A stretch of 64,000 nucleotides of DNA from an uncultured Oscillospiraceae bacterium. GTDB taxonomy: Bacteria > Bacillota > Clostridia > Oscillospirales > Oscillospiraceae. Positions within the stretch are counted from its first letter, which is position 1; every line of letters starts with the position of its first letter. A program made the translations under genes and the position numbers. The DNA lies in contig CALWZP010000008.1 of assembly GCA_944386055.1 (NCBI GenBank), positions 28,671 to 92,670 of the forward strand, given 5' to 3'. Under the pieces are notes generated by a model that was not told the origin of the DNA, made no database searches, and saw nothing but the letters and a program-made list of their open reading frames with translations. Shown one piece after another: positions 17,462 to 25,722 of this stretch.

Positions 17462-17950
17462 ATGAAAGCCTGTCGTGACACGGTCAAAAAATTGATGGAT
17501 GTCCTGTTTGCAGTGGCTGCAATCCTCTATGGCGCGGGCACTGTGCTGGCGGTGGGGAACGCCGTCTGCCGTAAATTTTTGGACATTGGAATTGCCTGGG
17601 GAGATGAGCTGACTACCTATCTTATTGTAGTGGCGTTTTTCTTAACCATTCCCTATCTGGAGCTTCACAACGGATCTCTGTGTATTGGTCTGCTGGATAA
17701 CTTGATCAAGAATAAGACTGTGGCCCGAATATTGTATGTTATTCGGGGGTTATTGGTGGTATCCCTGAGCATCATCATTGTGCGGTATGGCCTTGTGGCT
17801 ATCGATTCCGCCATTGCATCTGATCTGAGGACCTTCACTCTGCGGTGGCCAAAGGCAATCTTTTACGCAATCTCGGTTGCCGGTTTTGCCCTGAGCGTTG
17901 TCTCCTGGATCACGATCATCCTACTGAACAAGGGGGAGAAGATGGAATGA
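17462..17950 (+). CDS. TRAP transporter small permease (DctQ family)
   Basis: A hydrophobic protein of about 160 aa with 4 predicted TM spans. The ATG at 17462 follows GGGAAGGAG, and the stop overlaps the dctM start (ATGA). Confidence 0.8.
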   Translation: MKACRDTVKKLMDVLFAVAAILYGAGTVLAVGNAVCRKFLDIGIAWGDELTTYLIVVAFFLTIPYLELHNGSLCIGLLDNLIKNKTVARILYVIRGLLVVSLSIIIVRYGLVAIDSAIASDLRTFTLRWPKAIFYAISVAGFALSVVSWITIILLNKGEKME

Positions 17951-19218
17951 ATATTGCCCATATCATCGTGGCATTTGTCATCCTGCTGGGTTTGATGCTG
18001 CTGAACTTCCCCATCTATACTGCGATCCTGAGTTCTGGCCTTTATCTGATGGTCTTTGTAAACCACATGCCCCTTCAGAGTATCTTCACCTCCATGTTTG
18101 AAGGGGTCACCAACAGCAGCCTGATGGCGATCCCATTCTTTGTTTTGGCTGGGTGCTTTATCTCCTCCGGGCAATTGGGGAAACGGCTAATGGATTGCTT
18201 CTCGACCCTGTTGAGGGGGGTGCGGGGCGGGATGCCCATCGCATGCCTGGCGTCCAACGCCTTGTTCGGCGCCATCTCCGGGTCCCCCCCCGCGGCGACT
18301 GCGGTGTTCTCCAAAATTATCCACGGGCCCATTGCCCGGGAGGAGAACGACAAGATGGCCACGGGATTGGTGGTCTCCGCTGCGGGACTTTCCTCCATTA
18401 TTCCGCCCAGCGTGACCATGATTATCTACGGCGTGGCCACCGAGACTTCCATTAGCACAATGTTTATCGCGGGAATTCTGCCCGGCCTGCTGATTGTGGC
18501 AATCATTGGAGTCTACCTGATCTTCGCCAGCAGGAGAAGGGCCGGCGAGGAGAACAAGGTGGATTGGAAAGAGGTCGGCAGTGCCTGGATCCGGGGCATT
18601 CCGGTGTTGATTCTGCCGGTGGCCGTCTTGGGCGGTATCTATGGCGGCTTTGTTACTCCGACAGAGGCCGGCGCGCTGTCTGCCATTTACTGCTGCGCCG
18701 CCAGCCTGCTTATGCGAGACATCCGTCCCCAAGATGTCCTCCGTGTCCTGAAGGAGGGCCTGCACACTGTGGGACAGGTGTTTATCCTGATCGCCTCCTC
18801 CGCCTTCTTCGCACGGGCCCTGACCGTCAGTCAGTTCCCTCAGTGGCTGACCAGCTACTTTGAGGACTATGGAAAGATCCAGTTCTTGCTGCTGCTGAAC
18901 ATCCTGCTTTTGGTTGTGGGCTGCTTTTTTGACACCAGCGCCGCCATCCTGATTCTGGCGCCCATGCTGCTGCCGCCCGCTCTGGCCCTTGGAATTGACC
19001 AGATCCACCTGGGGATCATCTTTGTGGTAAATCTGGTGATCGGTATGTTTACACCGCCTTTCGGTCTGAATATCTTTGTGGCGCAGAGTGTGCTGGGATA
19101 CGACATGAAGTACATCTCCAAATGCCTGATCCCCTATATCCTGCTCTACATTGTGGCGGTACTGATCATTACTTTTGTGGAGCCCATCTCTACCTTCCTG
19201 CCCGGCCTGCTGGCATGA
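17947..19218 (+). CDS. TRAP transporter large permease (DctM family)
   Basis: The ORF was trimmed to MNIAHIIVAFVILLG.... It is a polytopic protein of about 423 aa with a typical DctM pattern (GIPVLILPV..LGGIY.G..TPTEA). Confidence 0.85.
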   Translation: MNIAHIIVAFVILLGLMLLNFPIYTAILSSGLYLMVFVNHMPLQSIFTSMFEGVTNSSLMAIPFFVLAGCFISSGQLGKRLMDCFSTLLRGVRGGMPIACLASNALFGAISGSPPAATAVFSKIIHGPIAREENDKMATGLVVSAAGLSSIIPPSVTMIIYGVATETSISTMFIAGILPGLLIVAIIGVYLIFASRRRAGEENKVDWKEVGSAWIRGIPVLILPVAVLGGIYGGFVTPTEAGALSAIYCCAASLLMRDIRPQDVLRVLKEGLHTVGQVFILIASSAFFARALTVSQFPQWLTSYFEDYGKIQFLLLLNILLLVVGCFFDTSAAILILAPMLLPPALALGIDQIHLGIIFVVNLVIGMFTPPFGLNIFVAQSVLGYDMKYISKCLIPYILLYIVAVLIITFVEPISTFLPGLLA

Positions 19219-19243
19219 TAATCTTTCCTTTACCAAAGCGCAC

Positions 19244-19282
19244 AAATACAAAGCCTTTCCCACGCGGAAAGGCTCTGTATTT
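19244..19282 (+). terminator. Hairpin after dctM (weak terminator or processing site)
   Basis: 17-bp stem with one mismatch (AAATACAAAGCCTTTCC / GGAAAGGCTCTGTATTT). The trailing T-run is only short. Confidence 0.4.
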
Positions 19283-19314
19283 GGCAATGGTTATTCTTTG
19301 AAAAAGATAATGGG

Positions 19315-20049
19315 GTGAATGAGGTGACACTGCTTCAGGCGCTGGCAATTCCGGCGGGACATGGAGGAACTGCACTGGTGGGCGGCGGGGGAAAAACAAC
19401 ACTGATGCGGCTGCTGGGGAAGGAACTGGGAGATGCGGGGAAGCGCACGGTGCTTACTACAACCACCGCGATTCTACCGCCGGAAGGGATCCCCCTGGTT
19501 ACAGACGGATGGCAGCTGCGCAACGCGCTGCGCATAGATCGGGAGGTCTGTATGGGACGCACCGGGAAGGACGGCAAGGTACACAACCCCGGCACTGCGC
19601 TTCTGGAGGAGGCTTGTCTATTGGCGGACCGATTGCTCATCGAGGCAGACGGCGCTCGGCATATGCCAATCAAGGCACCTGGCAGCTTTGAACCGGTGAT
19701 TCCAGCTTGGGCAGACAGTGTGGTGGCGGTGGCGGGCTTGAGCGCGCTGGGGGAGACGCTCGGAGCCGCGTGTTTTCGAAGCGCGTTGGCCAGTCATATG
19801 CTGGGCGTCGGGCTGGAGGAACCACTGACCCCGGCGCTGCTGGCCCGACTGCTTACAAGTCCGGCGGGACAGCGTAAGCGTATCCCGCCCAAGGCGGGCT
19901 TTTGTATCCTGCTCAACCAGGCGGACGACATGGAGCGGGTGTGGGGTGGAATCGAAACAGCCCATTGGATCAAAAAATATCTTCCGCATTGCCGTGTGGT
20001 CATTGCCTCACTCCACAGCGGGGAGAGGATCAAAAATATTTTTGCATAG
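19315..20049 (+). CDS. yqeC: Selenium cofactor biosynthesis protein YqeC family
   Basis: It has the P-loop-like VGGGGKTTLM and the VLTTTTAILPP motif characteristic of YqeC, with yqeB and selD downstream. The start (GTG 19315) is uncertain. Confidence 0.75.
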   Translation: MNEVTLLQALAIPAGHGGTALVGGGGKTTLMRLLGKELGDAGKRTVLTTTTAILPPEGIPLVTDGWQLRNALRIDREVCMGRTGKDGKVHNPGTALLEEACLLADRLLIEADGARHMPIKAPGSFEPVIPAWADSVVAVAGLSALGETLGAACFRSALASHMLGVGLEEPLTPALLARLLTSPAGQRKRIPPKAGFCILLNQADDMERVWGGIETAHWIKKYLPHCRVVIASLHSGERIKNIFA

Positions 20050-20062
20050 AGGGTGCTGGAAT

Positions 20063-20866
20063 ATGCTGGTTTTGATCAAAGGAGCGGGAGACCTGTCATC
20101 TGGAATTGCATGCCGACTGTACCGCAGCGGGTTTCAGGTGGTGATGACAGAGACGGCACGGCCTACTACGGTGCGCTGCACAGTGGCTTTTTCAAGGGCA
20201 GTATACCGGAAGGAGACCCAAGTAGAGGATATCCCCGGACAACTGGCGGTGAGTACAGAGGAGTGCCGAAGGCTCGTTGAAGCCGGCGTGGTGGCGGTTG
20301 CGGTGGATCCGGAGTGTCAGTTGCTGTCCCAGCTGCACCCTGATGCGCTGGTGGATGCCATCATTGCCAAGAGAAATACAGGAACCCGAATAGACGATGC
20401 CCCTGTTGTGATAGGAGTAGGGCCAGGATTCACCGCGGGGGTGGATTGCCATGCCGCAGTGGAGACCCAGCGGGGCCATGACCTGGGCCGGGTATTATAC
20501 AAAGGGAGCCCCACCCCTGATACCGGGATCCCTGGGGAGATTGGAGGGTACACCACCCAGCGTGTGCTCCGGGCAGAGGTGGATGGAATATTCATGGCAC
20601 GGGCAGCTATCGGCGACAGCGTCCGGGCGGGACAGGAAGTGGGGCGAATTGGGACATTGCCTGTGCGCGCCCAGATTAGCGGTGTGCTGCGGGGGCTGTT
20701 GCCCGACCAGACACCGGTATACACAGGAATGAAAGTGGGGGATGTGGATCCCAGATGCCGGGTGGAGCACTGCTATACGGTTTCAGATAAGGCGAACGCA
20801 GTGGGCGGCGGCGTATTGGAGGCGATACTCAATGGCATGGAGAAGAGGAGACGGAATGGACTGTGA
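20063..20866 (+). CDS. yqeB: Selenium-dependent molybdenum hydroxylase system protein, YqeB/EF2563 family
   Basis: The ORF was trimmed to MLVLIKGAGDLSSGIACRLYRSGFQVVMTE..RPTTVRCTVAFS.AVY. Size, motif and neighbourhood match the short YqeB family. Confidence 0.75.
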   Translation: MLVLIKGAGDLSSGIACRLYRSGFQVVMTETARPTTVRCTVAFSRAVYRKETQVEDIPGQLAVSTEECRRLVEAGVVAVAVDPECQLLSQLHPDALVDAIIAKRNTGTRIDDAPVVIGVGPGFTAGVDCHAAVETQRGHDLGRVLYKGSPTPDTGIPGEIGGYTTQRVLRAEVDGIFMARAAIGDSVRAGQEVGRIGTLPVRAQISGVLRGLLPDQTPVYTGMKVGDVDPRCRVEHCYTVSDKANAVGGGVLEAILNGMEKRRRNGL

Positions 20867-21896
20867 AATCAGAATGACAAAGCTGGCACAGTGCGCCGGG
20901 TGCGGGGCGAAGGTGGGCGCGGGGATGCTGTCCGCGCTGCTGGAGGGACTTCCCGTGCCCTGCGATGAGAGACTTCTGGTAGGATACGATACCAGCGATG
21001 ATGCTTCTGTTTACCAGATATCAGAGGAATTGGCGTTGGTGCAGACAGTGGATTTTTTCCCGCCCATTGTAGATGACCCCTATTTATTTGGACAAATCGC
21101 CGCTGCCAACGCCATCAGCGATGTGTATGCCATGGGTGGCGAGCCGCGCCTCGCACTGAATATGATGTGCATGCCGAAAAAGCTCCCGGACCGGGCGGTA
21201 CGGGAGATCCTGCGGGGTGGCTACGAAAAAGCGGCTGAGGCGGGGGTGATGATCTCCGGCGGACACAGTATTCAGGACGAGGAGCCCAAGTACGGACTGG
21301 CAGTGACGGGCTTCGTCCATCCGCAGAGATATTTGCGCAACAATTCTGCCAGGGAGGGGGATGTGCTCATCCTGACAAAACCGCTGGGGATTGGGATTAT
21401 CACCACGGCGCACAAGGCGGGACTGGCGGACGAGGTGGTCTATGACATGGCAGTGAAACAGATGGCGCAGCTGAACCGGGACGCACGGGATGTAATGGTC
21501 CGCTATCCTGTGAATGCCTGCACAGATGTCACGGGCTTCTCTTTGCTGGGCCATACCTTGGAGATGACGGGGGAGGGCAGAGTGACTGCGGTTCTGAACA
21601 GTGAGGCAGTTCCTTTGCTGCCCGGGGTGCTGGAGCTGGCCCGTCTGGGACTGCTGCCGGAGGGAATGTATCGAAACCGACACTATGCTCAGCCCCATGT
21701 CAAAAGTGCCAACAGCGTGAGCCGAGAGAGGCTGGATGCATTCTACGACCCGCAGACCTCGGGAGGGCTGCTTATCGCAGTCCGGCCAGAAGCGGCATCT
21801 GCGCTGCTGAGCGAACTGAAGGACAAGATTCCATGCGCCGGAGCGATTGGCACTATGGAAGCAGCACGAGAAGACTGCGCTATATTTATCCGATAG
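20856..21896 (+). CDS. selD: Selenide, water dikinase (selenophosphate synthetase), Cys-type
   Basis: The N-terminal motif is TKLAQCAGCGAKVG, followed by an AIR-synthase-like fold (DDA.VY, DFF.P.VDDPY.FG.IAA.NA.SD..AMGG). The ATG at 20856 follows GAGGAG and overlaps the end of yqeB. Confidence 0.9.
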   Translation: MDCEIRMTKLAQCAGCGAKVGAGMLSALLEGLPVPCDERLLVGYDTSDDASVYQISEELALVQTVDFFPPIVDDPYLFGQIAAANAISDVYAMGGEPRLALNMMCMPKKLPDRAVREILRGGYEKAAEAGVMISGGHSIQDEEPKYGLAVTGFVHPQRYLRNNSAREGDVLILTKPLGIGIITTAHKAGLADEVVYDMAVKQMAQLNRDARDVMVRYPVNACTDVTGFSLLGHTLEMTGEGRVTAVLNSEAVPLLPGVLELARLGLLPEGMYRNRHYAQPHVKSANSVSRERLDAFYDPQTSGGLLIAVRPEAASALLSELKDKIPCAGAIGTMEAAREDCAIFIR

Positions 21897-21899
21897 AGA

Positions 21900-23045
21900 T
21901 TATGCCAGCGCCAGGACGGCCGCTGCAGCGGCGCTTATATCCTCTTCGGAAGTAAACCAGCCCAGAGAGAAGCGAACGGTGCCCTGAGGGAAAGTCTCCA
22001 GAGAATGATGGGCCAATGGAGCACAGTGGAGGCCGCAACGCGTCAGGATGCCGTAGTTTTGTTCCAGTGCAGCGGCGACCTCACCGTTGTCCCGACGCAG
22101 AAAATCCACCGAGATGACACCTACGCGGTCTTCGGCGCGTTTGGGACCGGGGAGCCGGATATGAGGGCAGCCGTTCAGTGCGTTCAGGAATCTGGCGGTA
22201 AGGGCAATCTCATGGGAACGGAGGGCATCAAGTCCCACGGAGCGGACAAAGGACAGCGCGGCACCAAGACCGAGAATGCCAGGAAGATTGGAGGTACCGG
22301 CCTCGAAGCGGTCGGGGAGAGTGTCCGGCATCTCAGGAGAATCGGAGGCGCTGCCTGTTCCGCCGGTAATCAGGGGAGACAGCTGACGGGCAAAGCCGGG
22401 GGACAGGGCGATGCCGCCGATTCCTTGAGGACCCATCAGTCCCTTGTGCCCCGCGAAACAGATAGCATCCGCCCTCAGGGTGCCCAGGGATACCGGAATA
22501 TGACCCGCTGTCTGCGCGGCATCCACTGCAAAGGATACCCCTTGGGCTTGGCACAGTTCTCCCATGGCGGGAAGGTCCAGAATGGTACCGCTGACATTGG
22601 ATGCGTGGGTCATCATTACCAGCCGGGTCTCCGGGCGAAACAGGGACCGGGCCGCCGACAGGTCCAGGCGCCCAGCGCAGTCGCAGGGGACGACAGAAAA
22701 AGAGACGCCGCGCTTTTCCAGGTCAACCACAGTGCGGAAGACGGCGTTGTGCTCCATGCCGGAGATAATGACATGATCGCCTGGGCGCAGAGAGCCCCGG
22801 AGAATCAGATTGATGCTTTGAGTTGCGCCGGGGGTAAAGAGTATCCATTCACAGCCGGCACAGCCGAACAGATCTGCCAGTGCCTCCCGCACCGCCATTA
22901 CCTGCAGTTCAGATCGGATGGAGAGTATATGACTAGAGCGGTTGATATTACTGCTGCCATGCTCTAGACAGTCGCAGACCGCAGATGCGACGCCAGGAGC
23001 TTTGGGAAAGCTGCCGGCAGCTTGATCCAAATAGATCATCTCCAT
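21900..23045 (-). CDS. Class V aminotransferase: NifS/CsdA-like cysteine desulfurase or selenocysteine lyase
   Basis: It carries the PLP-lysine motif FAGHKGLMGPQGIG and the active-site loop RCGLHCAP. It is convergent with selD, and the two stop codons are separated by only 3 nt. Confidence 0.85.
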   Translation of the reverse strand: MEMIYLDQAAGSFPKAPGVASAVCDCLEHGSSNINRSSHILSIRSELQVMAVREALADLFGCAGCEWILFTPGATQSINLILRGSLRPGDHVIISGMEHNAVFRTVVDLEKRGVSFSVVPCDCAGRLDLSAARSLFRPETRLVMMTHASNVSGTILDLPAMGELCQAQGVSFAVDAAQTAGHIPVSLGTLRADAICFAGHKGLMGPQGIGGIALSPGFARQLSPLITGGTGSASDSPEMPDTLPDRFEAGTSNLPGILGLGAALSFVRSVGLDALRSHEIALTARFLNALNGCPHIRLPGPKRAEDRVGVISVDFLRRDNGEVAAALEQNYGILTRCGLHCAPLAHHSLETFPQGTVRFSLGWFTSEEDISAAAAAVLALA

Positions 23046-23175
23046 AAAACACCTCCGGCAAATCTGCGATGGTATTTGAGAAGCCCTGAATCAGAGTGTA
23101 CTTTATTTGAAATGCCAAGTCCCTGTATTCATGATACCACGATAAAAGCAGAAAAAACAGTGAGGAGAAGTGAAA

Positions 23176-24282
23176 ATGAGTGCGAAACGATATTTGCCCA
23201 TTTTGATCGCCGGAGCGCTGGTGGGTGCGGCAGCCCTGCTCCTGACCTTCATGGGAAATCCTGCCAATATGGGTTTTTGCATCGCCTGCTTTCTGCGGGA
23301 TACAGCGGGAGCCCTGGGCCTTCATTCCGCAGGGACTGTTCAATACGCCCGGCCGGAGATCATAGGCATCATTCTGGGCGCCAGCGCTGCGGCGCTGGTT
23401 ACAGGGGAGTTCAAGGGACGCGGCGGCTCCGCTCCTCTTACCCGCTTTATCCTGGGCTTTGCTATGATGGTGGGGTCACTGATGTTCTTGGGCTGTCCGC
23501 TGCGGATGGTTCTTCGCCTTGGGGGAGGAGACCTGAATGCCTTGGTGGGACTGGGGGGATTCACCTGTGGAATTCTGGTGGGAATCCTGGCGCTGCAGAA
23601 CGGCTTTACTCTGCGTCGCTCCTATGTGCTGACCCGTGTGGAGGGCGGGGTATTCCCTTTGATTACTGCGGCAGTGTTGGCCGTGCTGATCCTGGCCCCA
23701 GCGCTGCTCCGCTTCAGCAAGGAGGGGCCTGGGTCCATGCGGGCCCCAATCCTGCTGTCTCTGATCTTCGGCCTTTTGGTGGGTGTTCTGGCCCAGCGGA
23801 CCAGGCTGTGCACTGCAGGTGGGATCCGAGACGCTGTGCTGTTCCGGGACTTTTACCTGTTGCTGGGGCCGGTAGCTATCCTGGCGGTTACTGTAGTAGG
23901 GAACCTGGCCATAGGGAAGTTCAACCCTGGATTTGTGGGCCAACCGGTGGCCCATGCCGACGGAATATGGAACTTTATAGGAATGGCCTTGGTGGGATGG
24001 AGCGCAATTCTGCTGGGGGGGTGCCCACTGCGGCAGCTTATTCTGGCAGGGGAGGGCAACAGCGATTCCGCTGTGGCGGTGCTGGGGATGGTGGTGGGTG
24101 CGGCCTTCTGCCATAACTTCGGTCTGGCCTCTTCCGCAGAAGGGCCTACGGGCAATGGAAAAGCAGCGGTGGTTCTGTGCTTTATTGTGGTAGCGGCCAT
24201 CACACTTCTGAATATGGAGCATCTGGGAAAACGCAAGGCGGTTTCCACGCAGAAAGGAGAATTAAGAGATGGAAAAGATTGA
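23176..24282 (+). CDS. yedE: YedE/YeeE family putative selenium/sulfur-compound transporter
   Basis: A polytopic protein with the conserved N-terminal GNPANMGFCIACFLRD motif and an internal repeat. The ATG at 23176 lies 8 nt after GAGGAG. Confidence 0.8.
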   Translation: MSAKRYLPILIAGALVGAAALLLTFMGNPANMGFCIACFLRDTAGALGLHSAGTVQYARPEIIGIILGASAAALVTGEFKGRGGSAPLTRFILGFAMMVGSLMFLGCPLRMVLRLGGGDLNALVGLGGFTCGILVGILALQNGFTLRRSYVLTRVEGGVFPLITAAVLAVLILAPALLRFSKEGPGSMRAPILLSLIFGLLVGVLAQRTRLCTAGGIRDAVLFRDFYLLLGPVAILAVTVVGNLAIGKFNPGFVGQPVAHADGIWNFIGMALVGWSAILLGGCPLRQLILAGEGNSDSAVAVLGMVVGAAFCHNFGLASSAEGPTGNGKAAVVLCFIVVAAITLLNMEHLGKRKAVSTQKGELRDGKD

Positions 24283-24478
24283 TGCCAGAGGGCGGTCCTG
24301 CCCTGAGCCGGTCATCCTGACGCAGAGGCAGTTCCGCAGTACAGATAAATTTGAGGTGTTAGTGGATAACGCCTGTGCGGTGCAGAACATAACCCGTTTT
24401 GCGGAGAATAAAGGGGCGTCTGTCACGGTAACCGAGACCGGGGAGGATGAGTATACCATTTTGGTACAAAAGAAATGA
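24269..24478 (+). CDS. yedF: TusA/SirA-like sulfur(selenium)-carrier protein (short YedF-like)
   Basis: A 69-aa protein with the DARG..CPEPV motif. It overlaps the end of yedE. Confidence 0.75.
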   Translation: MEKIDARGRSCPEPVILTQRQFRSTDKFEVLVDNACAVQNITRFAENKGASVTVTETGEDEYTILVQKK

Positions 24479-24714
24479 AGGAACGGCTGGTGACCTTCCA
24501 TACCCACTTGGGAGCGGTGAAATTATACCGGGAGCTGAGCAGACAGAAATTTGCCGTCCGGATGATGCCGGTCCCGCGCGTGCTGAGTTCCAGCTGCGGG
24601 ACCTGCCTGCGGACAAGCTATGATGGCCCGGCGGAGGACTTGCTGACAGAGGATGTGCAGGGAGTCTATGAAGTGGAGGCGGATGGATACCGTCTGCTGA
24701 AGGGAGAGAATTGA
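24475..24714 (+). CDS. DUF3343-like small protein (putative Se/S carrier-like)
   Basis: A 79-aa protein with an ATGA overlap with yedF. Its pattern is F.TH.A.K.......K......P.P......CG.C. Confidence 0.55.
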   Translation: MKERLVTFHTHLGAVKLYRELSRQKFAVRMMPVPRVLSSSCGTCLRTSYDGPAEDLLTEDVQGVYEVEADGYRLLKGEN

Positions 24715-25722
24715 ATGGCGGGGGAGGACAAAGAGTCGGTACAGGAGCAGGCATGCGGTTGTGTGGTGCTGGCCTCCGGAAAGGGAACGCGGTTTGGCGG
24801 TGGAAAGCTACACGCACTTTTCCGCGGGAAGCCGCTGATCCAGTGGGCGCTGTCCGCTGTGCCGGCCGAACTGACTGACCGGACCGTCGTGGTTGTGGGG
24901 GATGAGACCATCCGCTCATTGGCGCGGAGACACGGCTTTCGCACAGTGGAGAACAATGCACCTGAACAGGGCATCAGCCACAGCATCCAGCTGGGGCTGG
25001 CTCCTTTGCAGGAGTGGTGTGGTCGGGTGCTGTTCCTCATGGCGGATCAGCCCATGCTGCGTACAGAGACCATTCGCAACGCCCTTCGTCTGTCCGAAGA
25101 AGCGACAGATAGGATTGTGGCATTAGCCTGGAACGGCAGAAGACGGAACCCATGTATCTTCCCAGCAAAATTTTTCCCGGAACTGATGTCCCTTACCGGG
25201 GACCAGGGTGGAAACGCAGTAGCAGCGCGGCATCCATCTCGCTTGCTGCTGATTGAAGCACCATGGGAAGAGACGGAGGACATTGACGACCAGGAGACCC
25301 TGGCCAGGCTGAGCGTTCAATCAGAACTGAGGATTGATCCGCTATATCCAGAGATTACTATGCGGTTGTATATGCAGAGCAAATGCTTTGGTCCAGGTAT
25401 CGCCGCGCTGCTGGAACGGGTCAGAGAACTGGGATCTCTGCGGGCCGCTGCGGCATCCATAGGTATGTCATATTCTAAGGCCTGGGGAGTCGTGCGCCGG
25501 TGTGAGAGGGCACTGGGGTGGCCTCTGCTGGTGCGCCAAACAGGGGGGCGAAACGGCGGCGGTGCCGTTCTGACGGCGGATGCCGGAGAACTGCTGCAGA
25601 TGTATCGGGAGTGCTGCCGAGAGTTGGATGACCTGGCGGAACGGCTGGTATTGGATAAGGCGAGGCGCTATTTTGCAAAGGAGAACAAAACCATATTGAG
25701 GGAGAGGGGGGGACGGACATGA
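24715..25722 (+). CDS. Fusion protein: MocA/MobA-like molybdenum-cofactor nucleotidyltransferase + ModE-N-like winged-helix domain
   Basis: N-terminal part: VVLASGKGTRFGG.K......GKPL plus MADQP. C-terminal part: GSLRAAAASIGMSYSKAWGVVRRCERALGWPLLVRQTGGRNGGGAVLT..G..LL, which closely parallels the ModE N-terminal HTH (SYKSAW....LV.R..GG..GGGA.LT). Confidence 0.75.
   Translation: MAGEDKESVQEQACGCVVLASGKGTRFGGGKLHALFRGKPLIQWALSAVPAELTDRTVVVVGDETIRSLARRHGFRTVENNAPEQGISHSIQLGLAPLQEWCGRVLFLMADQPMLRTETIRNALRLSEEATDRIVALAWNGRRRNPCIFPAKFFPELMSLTGDQGGNAVAARHPSRLLLIEAPWEETEDIDDQETLARLSVQSELRIDPLYPEITMRLYMQSKCFGPGIAALLERVRELGSLRAAAASIGMSYSKAWGVVRRCERALGWPLLVRQTGGRNGGGAVLTADAGELLQMYRECCRELDDLAERLVLDKARRYFAKENKTILRERGGRT

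Noticed and set aside
20856-21896. The possibility that selD or the hydroxylase is a selenoprotein (in-frame TGA plus SECIS).
   Set aside because: selD has Cys at the catalytic position (QCAGCGAK). All called genes are uninterrupted ORFs, and no tRNA-Sec, selA or selB is present in the window.
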